Source: a bacterium
GTDB lineage: Bacteria > Acidobacteriota > Blastocatellia > HR10
Direction of reading: 5' to 3'
Length of the DNA: 19,160 nt
Assembly: GCA_041640655.1 (NCBI GenBank)
Contig: JBEPZV010000042.1
Span: 1 to 19,160 of the forward strand
Shown here: in pieces, positions 9,154 to 16,361 of the stretch
How positions within the stretch are numbered: the first letter of the stretch is position 1
How the letters are laid out: every line of letters starts with the position of its first letter
Made by a program: the position numbers and the translations under genes
Notes under the pieces: generated by a model
What the model saw: the letters and a program-made list of their open reading frames with translations, nothing else
Told to the model about the DNA's origin: nothing
The model's database searches: none

Positions 9154-9220
9154 ATTTTACGCGTGAATCCAGCAGGCGACCAACGCTCCCCTTCATTCCT
9201 TCGTGATGAGGTGCTATAAT
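9154..9220. promoter_or_regulatory. Divergent promoter pair for the DUF2227 gene (-) and the symporter (+)
   Basis: Plus strand: TTCATT (9192-9197), 17 nt, TATAAT (9215-9220) with an extended TG. Minus strand: TAAAAT (9154-9159) with a weak TTGGTC (9178-9183) 18 nt away. Confidence 0.55.
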
Positions 9221-9310
9221 CGTGACCCCAGTTTTCGGGCCGTGGAAGGGGATGACGGTGAGGAGCGCAGCAGACTGCCGGTGAATTCAGAGGAGGGGGG
9301 ATGAGGCGCT

Positions 9311-11191
9311 ATGGTACGTCTGACGACGCTCGATTGGGTGTGGATCGTCCTCTACCTGCTCTTGATGGTGGGCTGTGGTCTCTTGTTCTACCGATTGGGC
9401 AAGCGCTCGGAGGCGGATTTCTTCCTGGCCGGGCGTGGCCTTCCCTGGTGGTTGCCCGCGACCTCCGTCTATGCGACGCACACGGCGACGGATACGCCCA
9501 TGTGGGTCACCGGCGTCGTTTACCAGCACGGACTGCGCGGGTTGTGGTACACGTTCTTCTCCGCCTGGTGCGCGATCAGCGCTTTTGTCAGCGCGCGCAT
9601 CTTCCGTCGCTCGCTCGCCTACAGCCAGGCCGAATGGCAGAGCTTGCGGTTCAGCGGATTGGGGAGCGAGCTGCTGCGCGGATGGATGGCCGGTTGGATG
9701 GTCTTCATGAACATGTTCATCCTCGGGTGGGTCGGCATCGCCATGGGGAAACTCTGCCATCTGGTCTTCGGATGGCCCGACTGGGTGGGACTCGTGCTCT
9801 TCTCGACCGTTTGCGCCGTCTACGTCCTGGCTGCCGGATACTGGGGGGTCGTCATGGCCGACTTCCAACAGGGAGTGATCGCCTTTATCGCGATTCTGAT
9901 CGTCTCCCTGTGGGGGATCGCTGAGGCCGGAGGGCCACAGGGGATTATCTCGAAGCTTCAGAGCATGGGAGAAGGATGGCGGACGAATCCGTTCGCCTTC
10001 ACCGGTCTGTTCTCGGGCGATTTTCCCATCGCGTGGTTCGTGACGATGCTCGTCATCGCGATCATCGGCGGATTCGGGATGGGCACCGCCATTGATTGGT
10101 ACGTCGAGGCGCAGCGCATTCAATCGGCCCGAACGGTCCGCGATGCCGCCTACTCGATCTGGTGGGGGACGATGCTCGTGCTCACCCGAAATGCCGTGTG
10201 GGCCGTCGCCATCCTGGGCTTCTACGTCCTCTATCCGAACATCCCCGATCGCGCGCAGTATGAGCTGGGATGGTATCGGCTCGGCCTGGAACTGCTGCCC
10301 GCCGGCCTGCTGGGCTTCTTCCTGGCGGCGATCGTCGCCATTCATCTCTCCACGGTCGCCTCACACCTGAACCTGGGTGCCGTGTATGCGACGCGCGATC
10401 TCTATCACCACTACATCAAGCCACACGCCTCCGAGCGGGAGTTGGTCTGGGCGGGGCGAATCTCGACGCTACTGGTGCTCATCGGCTCGTTCTTCTATGG
10501 GCTGATGATGGAAGAGATCACGAAGTGGCTCATCTTCGCCCTCTGGATCATGGCGGCCGGCGTCTGGCTGCCCAACATCCTGCAGGTCGTGTGGTGGCGG
10601 TTCAACGCCTGGGGGTATCTGATCGCGTGGATCGCGAACCTGGGGCTCAGTTGGCTCATTGTCTGGGTCCTGCCAGCCTTCGGTCTACTGCCCAGTCTGC
10701 CCGATTATTTGCAGTTCTGGATTCTCATGGGGCTGGGCGCTGCGATCTACGTCCCGGTGACCTATCTGACCCCGCCAGAAGATATGCGGCAGCTGGTGCG
10801 CTACTACGTCATGGCGCGCCCCATCGGATGGTGGGGCCCCGTGCGCGCGGAAGCCGAACGGCTGGGACTGATCGCCCCGCGCACGGTGACGCGCCACAGT
10901 CTCTGCAAGCGCCAGTGGTCGGCCGAAGAGGCCGACGAATGGACGCGCGAGGATTGGCTCACGATCCTCATCTCCCCGCTCGCCTATATGGCCCTGATGC
11001 TCGGCGTCGCTCTCGCGCTCCTGCGGATGTGGAGCGGCGTGCTGATCCTCATTGCGGGCATCATCCTGACGGCCGTGATGCACTGGATCATTGATCCGAA
11101 GTTGAAGGCCGTCTCGGCCGAATACGAGAAGAAACAGAAGGCGTATCTAGAGCAGTTGGATCGGATCATCCGTTGGGAGGACGTGCGATGA
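9311..11191 (+). CDS. Sodium:solute symporter (SSS) family transporter with a C-terminal two-TM extension
   Basis: N-terminal LTTLDWVWIVLY...DFFLAGRGLPWW, GYWGVVMADFQQ, QRIQSART, LLPAGLLG..LAAIVA..LST..SHLN and WWRFNAWG. Many TM helices. Substrate unknown. Confidence 0.9.
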   Translation: MVRLTTLDWVWIVLYLLLMVGCGLLFYRLGKRSEADFFLAGRGLPWWLPATSVYATHTATDTPMWVTGVVYQHGLRGLWYTFFSAWCAISAFVSARIFRRSLAYSQAEWQSLRFSGLGSELLRGWMAGWMVFMNMFILGWVGIAMGKLCHLVFGWPDWVGLVLFSTVCAVYVLAAGYWGVVMADFQQGVIAFIAILIVSLWGIAEAGGPQGIISKLQSMGEGWRTNPFAFTGLFSGDFPIAWFVTMLVIAIIGGFGMGTAIDWYVEAQRIQSARTVRDAAYSIWWGTMLVLTRNAVWAVAILGFYVLYPNIPDRAQYELGWYRLGLELLPAGLLGFFLAAIVAIHLSTVASHLNLGAVYATRDLYHHYIKPHASERELVWAGRISTLLVLIGSFFYGLMMEEITKWLIFALWIMAAGVWLPNILQVVWWRFNAWGYLIAWIANLGLSWLIVWVLPAFGLLPSLPDYLQFWILMGLGAAIYVPVTYLTPPEDMRQLVRYYVMARPIGWWGPVRAEAERLGLIAPRTVTRHSLCKRQWSAEEADEWTREDWLTILISPLAYMALMLGVALALLRMWSGVLILIAGIILTAVMHWIIDPKLKAVSAEYEKKQKAYLEQLDRIIRWEDVR

Positions 11192-11328
11192 ACGAAGGAC
11201 TCTCCGTGCTCATCGGCCTCTCCATCGCTTACGTGGCCTCATTCCTCGGCATGCTCTTCGCCTACCTCGCCTATCGTCGTCGGCGGCGGGAGCAGTCATC
11301 GGTGGAGAAGAAAGATGACCATGCGTGA
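11188..11328 (+). CDS. Small single-TM membrane protein, 46 aa (absent from the ORF track)
   Basis: ATGA overlap with the symporter stop and a GGGAGG RBS. Translates MNEGLSVLIGLSIAYVASFLGMLFAYLAYRRRRREQSSVEKKDDHA: one TM helix followed by a poly-Arg positive-inside tail. Confidence 0.7.
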   Translation: MNEGLSVLIGLSIAYVASFLGMLFAYLAYRRRRREQSSVEKKDDHA

Positions 11329-11503
11329 ATGGGCGCTGCTTCAGGGAGCGACACGTCCGGTGAGCCTCTTGTGGGGACTCGTCGTGCCCTCGCTGATCTT
11401 CCTCATCTCGTTTTTGGTCGCTTACGGGCTGTATCGGAAGTTCGCGCCGAAGGAGCCCCGGGCGAGCGAGACGGAGCATTTGCACCCGCGCGACGAGCCA
11501 TGA
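11315..11503 (+). CDS. Small single-TM membrane protein, about 60-62 aa
   Basis: Overlaps the previous small ORF; GGAG upstream. TM segment LLWGLVVPSLIFLISFLVAYGLY followed by RKF. Start could be 11315 or 11321. Confidence 0.6.
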   Translation: MTMREWALLQGATRPVSLLWGLVVPSLIFLISFLVAYGLYRKFAPKEPRASETEHLHPRDEP

Positions 11504-11509
11504 TATATT
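11480..11509 (+). promoter_or_regulatory. Possible promoter for yebC
   Basis: TTGCAC (11480-11485), 18 nt, TATATT (11504-11509) with an extended TG. Confidence 0.4.
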
Positions 11510-11565
11510 AGCTTCCCGACGAGAATCGCTCGTCCAAAGCGAACCACAAACCAGGGGATGGACTG

Positions 11566-12321
11566 ATGTCAGGACATTCGAAATGGCACCAGATCAAACA
11601 TAAGAAGCTCGCTGCGGACGCCAAGCGGGGGAAGCTCTTCAGCAAGCTGATCCGCGAGATCAGCGTGGCGGCTCGACTGGGTGGAGGGGACCCGGAGGCG
11701 AATCCGCGCTTGCGGAAGGCGATCGCCGAGGCCAAGGCCAATAACATGCCTCAGGAGACCATCCAGCGGGCTATTGACCGCGGTACGGGGAAGATCGCCG
11801 GAGAGCAATACGAGGAAGTGATCTACGAGGGCTACGGTCCGGGAGGCGTCGCCGTCCTCGTCGAAGCGCTCACGAGCAATCGGAATCGGACAGTGTCCGA
11901 GCTGCGGCATATCTTCTCCCGATATGGAGGGAACCTGGGCGAGAGCGGGTGTGTCGCCTGGATGTTCCAGAAGAAGGGATACATCGCGGTGGAGAAGGGC
12001 GCGCTCTCGGAGGAGGCGATCTTCGATCTCGCGCTCGAAGCGGGGGCCGAGGATGTGCGCGTAGATGAAGAGGGGAACTACGAGATCATCACCGCCCCGG
12101 AGGACTTCGATCTCGTCCTGGAGAAAGTCAAGCAAGCGGGGATTCACCCCCTCACGGCCCAGCTCACGATGATCCCCCAATCGTATGTCCGCCTGGAGGG
12201 GAAGGACGCCGCGCTGATGCTCAAGCTCATGGACGCGCTCGAAGATCACGACGACGTGCAACGCGTCTCGGCGAACTTCGACATTCCGGCCGAGGAGATG
12301 GCCCGCGCCGCCCTCTCGTGA
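11566..12321 (+). CDS. yebC: YebC/PmpR family protein
   Basis: [41 protein letters not shown] and [13 protein letters not shown] are signatures of the family. Confidence 0.97.
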   Translation: MSGHSKWHQIKHKKLAADAKRGKLFSKLIREISVAARLGGGDPEANPRLRKAIAEAKANNMPQETIQRAIDRGTGKIAGEQYEEVIYEGYGPGGVAVLVEALTSNRNRTVSELRHIFSRYGGNLGESGCVAWMFQKKGYIAVEKGALSEEAIFDLALEAGAEDVRVDEEGNYEIITAPEDFDLVLEKVKQAGIHPLTAQLTMIPQSYVRLEGKDAALMLKLMDALEDHDDVQRVSANFDIPAEEMARAALS

Positions 12322-12456
12322 ACGCCACACAGCTCGAGCGCCGCTGGCTTCCCGATCCCGCCACCTCCCCAGCGCGCGGCCGAGAGGTCGCCGCGGCGCT
12401 CCCTGCTCTTCTCTCTCCCCGATGACGGTGGCTTTCGGCGAACGTCCTCGGCGCGC

Positions 12457-13038
12457 TCATCCCAGCCGAGCCGCGACGACCTCCCAATCGAGATTGCGGA
12501 AGAAAGCCTCGATGTAGTCGGCTTTCTTCAACCCATAATCGAGCATATAGGCGTGTTCGAAGACATCCATGATGAGCAGCGGCGTGCACCCGGCCAGGTG
12601 CCCGAGGTCATGTTCATTGATCCAGGTATTCCAGAGCCGATCCGTGATCGGATCGCGGTAGAGTACGACCCATCCGATCCCGCGCATGAGTCCACTGGCT
12701 TTGAAATCCTCTCGCCACGCTTCGACCGATCCATAGTGCTCGCGAAGAAGTCGCGCGAGGCGAGAGTCGGAAGTGAGCGGTTTCGGCGTCCGCGTCAAAT
12801 TCTCGAAATAGAGCTCATGAAGCCGCATGCCGTTGAACTCCCAACCGAAGCGCCGCTTCAACTCCGCGTATTCGGGCGTCCCGGCCTTTCCGGCCTTCGC
12901 CAACTCGGCGAGCGCTTCGGCCAACGTGTTCGTGTTGGCCACGTATCCCTGATACAAGGTGAAATGATTCCTCAAGAGCTGCTCGCTGAATCCATCCATG
13001 CCCAACAAATGCTCGTAGTTCTTCGCCGTGTACGTCAT
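12457..13038 (-). CDS. sod: Fe/Mn-family superoxide dismutase, 193 aa
   Basis: Candidate metal ligands in NHFTLYQGY, LHELYFENL and DVFEHAY, plus GIGW. AAGGAGGAA RBS supports ATG 13038 rather than the track start at 13137. Confidence 0.9.
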   Translation of the reverse strand: MTYTAKNYEHLLGMDGFSEQLLRNHFTLYQGYVANTNTLAEALAELAKAGKAGTPEYAELKRRFGWEFNGMRLHELYFENLTRTPKPLTSDSRLARLLREHYGSVEAWREDFKASGLMRGIGWVVLYRDPITDRLWNTWINEHDLGHLAGCTPLLIMDVFEHAYMLDYGLKKADYIEAFFRNLDWEVVAARLG

Positions 13039-13087
13039 CACCAGACTTCCTCCTTCATTGAGAATATGAGCGTCGGATGAAAATTTG

Positions 13088-13117
13088 AGCTTACCACACG
13101 ATCGCAGGCATCGGCAA
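13088..13117 (-). promoter_or_regulatory. Putative sigma70 promoter for sod
   Basis: Minus strand TTGCCG (13117-13112), 18 nt, TAAGCT (13093-13088) with an extended TG. Confidence 0.45.
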
Positions 13118-13233
13118 TGCGGCGCCGTGTGTAGCAAGGGTGTCCGAAGGCCTCCGGGACCTCATCGTCTCTTCCCGTGAGGAGTCCCTCGCCTTCCCTC
13201 CGACGATCCCCAACGGGCTACAGACGGACGGCC

Positions 13234-13300
13234 AGTATCATCTTGGCCGCGAAACTTGACAAACGACAATCGGTGGCTAGTATCATCTTGGCCGCGAAAC
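13234..13300 (+). repeat. Perfect 22-nt direct repeat AGTATCATCTTGGCCGCGAAAC, two copies with a 45-nt period
   Basis: Copies at 13234-13255 and 13279-13300; extends 4 nt to the left with one mismatch (GGCC/GGCT). The spacer begins with TTGACA. Confidence 0.95.
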
Positions 13301-13320
13301 CCTAGCCAGGAGGTCAGGCC

Positions 13321-13746
13321 ATGACTCGAGCGGCATGGAATGCGGCCCACTCCTTCAGGAGCGGGACGATGCGCCTGGCGATGGGCCTCGCGATCCTGAT
13401 GGCCCTCACGGCTCTTCCCCAAGGGCGGAGTCGGTTCGGCCGAGGTGATGTCCCACCGCCAGCAGGCGTCCTCGCTTCTTCCCTTCTTCTGCCGAATATG
13501 GCACAATCCCTCTGCAACTCTGACTGTCGAGACAACTCCTTCCAGTGCTGCAATTCGGAAGGGGAGTGTACGGTATGCTTCGACTTCGCCGTCGTGTCGG
13601 GGAGAAAGGAACTCATCACGGACGTGATCCCCGATGTATGCGAATTCCCGCCGGATTCTCAAGGCTCCTTCGGCATTTGCCCGATTCAAATGAGTATTTG
13701 CCTGGCCCTCGAATGTTTGATCGAATCACCACCACCCGGGAGGTGA
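13321..13746 (+). CDS. Secreted or membrane-anchored cysteine-rich hypothetical protein (10 Cys in the C-terminal ~80 aa)
   Basis: AGGAGGT RBS before ATG 13321, hydrophobic MRLAMGLAILMALTALP and a Cys-rich acidic C-terminus. The stop codon overlaps the GGAGGTGA RBS of the next gene. Confidence 0.7.
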   Translation: MTRAAWNAAHSFRSGTMRLAMGLAILMALTALPQGRSRFGRGDVPPPAGVLASSLLLPNMAQSLCNSDCRDNSFQCCNSEGECTVCFDFAVVSGRKELITDVIPDVCEFPPDSQGSFGICPIQMSICLALECLIESPPPGR

Positions 13747-13749
13747 ACC

Positions 13750-14721
13750 ATGAGAAGGATCTTTCTTGCGATCTTCGTCGGTGGCCTTCTTGGGTCCATG
13801 AGTCTCGCGGCCCCGCCCCAGGGATGCCGCGTAGAATTGGTCTCCGTGCATCGCCTCTCCCTGCCCGTGCCCGGATCGGCGGGCCTCAAAGATCTGGCGC
13901 TGGCGGTGGATGAGCGCGGCATCCTGTATGTGAGCTTCGCGTCCTGGCCCACCGAGGGCGCGGGGCCTCGCGCGACGATTCTCCCGTACGTTGTGAGCTA
14001 TGACCCGAGCGGGAAACTCCTTCGGGTCTTCGAGCGACCGTCCGTCATTCCGGAGACGGCGCGATGGGGGCGCATCACCTCACTGGCGTATGCATCGGGT
14101 CGGATCTACGTCGCCGCGCAATGGCAGGAGGGGGATTGGCGCAGCGCCCTGCTCATCTTCGAGACGTCCGGAGACCTTCGACGGACGGTGATGCTCGAAG
14201 GGCTGGGGAATCCCCGGATCGTGCCGCTCGGATCCAAGATCGGTGTCCTCGGAACGGTCTGGACGGAGAAGGGCCAAGAGGTGGGCGTCCTTCAAACGTT
14301 CTCCGCGGATGGGGAGAGAGTGTCCGAGCACACGACCGAACCGCTTGAACCAAAGGCTCATCCGCTCTCGGATGGAGCCGGGCGAGTGTTGGCCGTCGAG
14401 CCGAGCGGCAAAGTCGAAGTCTTCCACCCACGCAAGACATGGGCGAGCATTCCCGGAGGCTTCGGGCATATCCATGCTGCATTTGCCGGCGATGGGACGA
14501 TCATCGTGAATCGCGTGGATCCGGAGACGCGACGCACGTCCCTCATCTTCCTGAACGATCGAGGAGGACGCTGCGAGGTGGACACGACGGGCCGTCTCGC
14601 GCCGATGGTGCGGGGAGCCGACGGTTTCTTCTACGGGATCGGACAGCTCGGCCTTCGTCCCGACACTCCGACGGACCGTCGCGAGATCCTCGTCGGGAAG
14701 TTTCGGATCGTGCGGCAGTGA
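13750..14721 (+). CDS. Secreted hypothetical protein, probable beta-propeller (NHL/6-bladed-like)
   Basis: Signal peptide MRRIFLAIFVGGLLGSMSLA. Blade-like segments DLALAVDERGILYVS, VVSYDPSGKLLRVF, SLAYASGRIYVAA, LLIFETSGDLRRTV, LQTFSADGERV and GADGFFYGI. Confidence 0.75.
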   Translation: MRRIFLAIFVGGLLGSMSLAAPPQGCRVELVSVHRLSLPVPGSAGLKDLALAVDERGILYVSFASWPTEGAGPRATILPYVVSYDPSGKLLRVFERPSVIPETARWGRITSLAYASGRIYVAAQWQEGDWRSALLIFETSGDLRRTVMLEGLGNPRIVPLGSKIGVLGTVWTEKGQEVGVLQTFSADGERVSEHTTEPLEPKAHPLSDGAGRVLAVEPSGKVEVFHPRKTWASIPGGFGHIHAAFAGDGTIIVNRVDPETRRTSLIFLNDRGGRCEVDTTGRLAPMVRGADGFFYGIGQLGLRPDTPTDRREILVGKFRIVRQ

Positions 14722-14740
14722 GGACGCGCAATGAATGTGG

Positions 14741-14766
14741 CGGAGGGGGATGTCCGTCTCCCTCCG
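14741..14766. terminator. Hairpin between convergent genes, probable bidirectional terminator
   Basis: CGGAGGGGGA-TGTCCG-TCTCCCTCCG, a 10-bp stem with one G-U pair. Confidence 0.5.
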
Positions 14767-14785
14767 CACGGGCGCGAACGGCTCC

Positions 14786-15091
14786 TCACTTTCGCGCGAG
14801 CCGCCGCTTGACCGACGCGACCTTGCTCCGCATCGTCACGGCCTTATCCCGACGATCGTCAATGGTGATGGTCGTGATGACGCGCTGGACGCCCTGGCGA
14901 AAGGCCGCCTCGTGCATCTTCCGGGCTAGGGAGAGGACGTCCTTGAGATCCCCCTCGAACAATGTCCCCATGGGGGAGATCTCGTAGGAGACACCCGCTT
15001 TCTCCAAGACGCGAATGGCTCCGGCGATATGATCGCCGAGGCTCGGCGTTGCGGTTCCGACAGGAACGATGCTGACCTCGACAAGCGCCAT
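14786..15091 (-). CDS. MTH1187 family thiamine-binding protein (DUF77/YkoF-like)
   Basis: MALVEVSIVPVGT..PSL, YEISPMGTLFEGD and RVITTITIDDRRDK..TMRSKVASV. The AGGAGGG RBS overlaps the upstream stop. Confidence 0.92.
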   Translation of the reverse strand: MALVEVSIVPVGTATPSLGDHIAGAIRVLEKAGVSYEISPMGTLFEGDLKDVLSLARKMHEAAFRQGVQRVITTITIDDRRDKAVTMRSKVASVKRRLARK

Positions 15092-15101
15092 GCTGTCCCT
15101 C

Positions 15102-15605
15102 CTAGGCGGGGGTTGCCCGAGACGTTCGTCTCGGGTGGGGAGTTGACCGCTCCATCTTGGGCTTGGGAAGCACGAGGGTGAGCACCCCCTCGCTCAGCCG
15201 AGCTTTCGCGCGGCCCGGATCAATTGCTCGCGGGAGCCACACGTCGCGAAAGATCGGCCCATAGCGGAATTCATCGCCGTGGACGCGCACGCCTTCAGCC
15301 ACGCCCTCAACCCGCGCCTCCCCAAGGAGCAGAACGCGCTCGGCCGCGACGAAGAGGTGCACGTCTTCGGCTCGAACTCCGGGGAGCCGGAGCTTCAGGA
15401 CGAGCTCCCGCGGATGCTCCTCCAGACGCATCTCCGGTTTCCACACCAGTTGGTCCTCCGCTGTCAACCAATCGTCCAACTCCCGTCCTGGCGCATATCC
15501 ATGTCGAGCCGCCAGCTCATAAGCCCGTTCCGCGATCCGGGCCCGAATTCGATCGGCCTCCTCGCGAAGGGGCGACGACCAGGGATGAATGCGAACGAGA
15601 GCCAT
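15102..15605 (-). CDS. DUF2934-Hsp20 (alpha-crystallin) fusion protein, 167 aa
   Basis: N-terminal IAERAYELAARHGYAPGRELDDWLTAEDQL is DUF2934-like. C-terminal LPGV...FRYGPIFRDVWLP...AKARLSEGVLTLVLPK is Hsp20-like. GGAGGAGGA RBS supports start 15605. Confidence 0.8.
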   Translation of the reverse strand: MALVRIHPWSSPLREEADRIRARIAERAYELAARHGYAPGRELDDWLTAEDQLVWKPEMRLEEHPRELVLKLRLPGVRAEDVHLFVAAERVLLLGEARVEGVAEGVRVHGDEFRYGPIFRDVWLPRAIDPGRAKARLSEGVLTLVLPKPKMERSTPHPRRTSRATPA

Positions 15606-15645
15606 TCCCAATCCTCCTCCCATACGGTTTGAGAACACCGCATCC

Positions 15646-15723
15646 ATTGTAAGCCACGCGGAGGGGAAGGACAATGGCGCGAACTCCCGATCGGCTTGAC
15701 AGCGGATTCACAAGCGGTATATT
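15646..15723. promoter_or_regulatory. Back-to-back divergent sigma70 promoters
   Basis: Minus strand: TTGTCC (15674-15669), 17 nt, TACAAT (15651-15646). Plus strand: TTGACA (15696-15701), 16 nt, TATATT (15718-15723). Confidence 0.65.
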
Positions 15724-15745
15724 TTCCGGTCCGGAGGATGCGGGA

Positions 15746-16194
15746 ATGCGGGGTCTGCCAGTGATCTGCGCGATCGGAGTGATCTCTCTCTCGTGGGAAC
15801 GGCCTCCTCCCTCTCCTCGCAGAGAGCGCAATCGCCGGGGCGCGGGCGACGGGGAGCCCAGGCCTGCCCGATGATGATGTGGGCCACCAAGCGCGAGATC
15901 ACGAACACGGCGAAGGGCGTGCGCATCCGTGTGACGAGCGACGATCCGGCCTACGCGCGGCGCATTCGCACTCACTGTGCGACTCATGAGCAGACGCTCG
16001 CGCAGGCTGGCCCGCGCCATCAGCAGGCGTGTCCGGCGGCGGTCAAAGGGGCTCGGGTGAGGATCACGATGCTCACAAACGGAGCGGAGTTGGAGATCAC
16101 GGCCGATGCCCACGAAGCCATCGCCGAGATTCAAGCGCGAGCGGCCCGCCTCACTCGAGGCTTCTGGGGACGTCCGCTCTCGCGCAACCCGTGA
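15746..16194 (+). pseudogene. Frameshifted (or phase-variable) secreted protein with two QACP-led internal repeats; the intact C-terminal ORF is 15793..16194
   Basis: GGAGG (15733-15737) plus ATG 15746 reads MRGLPVICAIGVISL. The repeat-containing part (VGTASSLSSQ...ITNTAKGVRIRVTSDDP...) is in another frame. The junction lies in (TC)5 at 15783-15792, and deleting one TC restores a 148-aa ORF with a signal peptide. Confidence 0.65.
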
Positions 16195-16278
16195 TGCAGC
16201 TCCGCGGGAACAGCACGGTGTGCAGTCAATGAATGAAACCGTCGCTGCTCTCCTGGATCATAACGGTGTAGACGACGA

Positions 16279-16354
16279 GCCGAAGCGCGAGTGCTTCGGC
16301 CCCCGATCCCGCTCCGGATGGAGCGGGGTTCAGAAATCCTCACGAAAGGAGGGT
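16279..16354 (+). promoter_or_regulatory. Structured 5' leader of hsp20 (three hairpins, the last pairing with the SD); candidate RNA thermometer
   Basis: GCCGAAGC/GCTTCGGC (16279-16300), CCCGCTCC/GGAGCGGG (16308-16327) and ATCCTC/GAGGGT (16336-16354), which covers most of the SD. Confidence 0.45.
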
Positions 16355-16361
16355 GATGGCT

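Noticed and set aside
8485..9219. 244-aa plus-strand ORF
   Set aside because: Antisense to the DUF2227 gene, which has family motifs and an RBS.
9301..9924. Alternative-frame ORFs over the symporter (9301..9924; also 10270..11094) and a 10-codon leader ORF at 9252-9284
   Set aside because: The long ORFs are Arg/Ala-rich off-frame translations of the symporter. The leader ORF has no attenuator-like structure that I could support.
12318..12425. 35-codon GTG ORF overlapping the yebC stop
   Set aside because: No RBS, low-complexity translation and no resemblance to a known family.
13234..13300. Mini CRISPR array (repeat has GT near its start and ends GAAAC)
   Set aside because: Only two copies of 22 nt with a 23-nt spacer that looks like a promoter; no cas genes in the window.
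241..15674. Extended track starts at 241, 5197, 5441, 13137 and 15674
   Set aside because: They overlap upstream genes or promoters. Downstream starts at 562, 5221, 5921, 13038 and 15605 have an RBS, a signal peptide or a family-typical N-terminus.
15738..15764. MRECGVCQ-TGA as a possible selenoprotein start
   Set aside because: The ATG abuts the SD, a second TGA follows within six codons, and the frame does not join the downstream domain.
16271..16297. CIRCE (HrcA) element upstream of hsp20
   Set aside because: GAGTGCT resembles the right arm, but there is no TTAGCACTC left arm 9 nt upstream; the sequence is explained by a hairpin.
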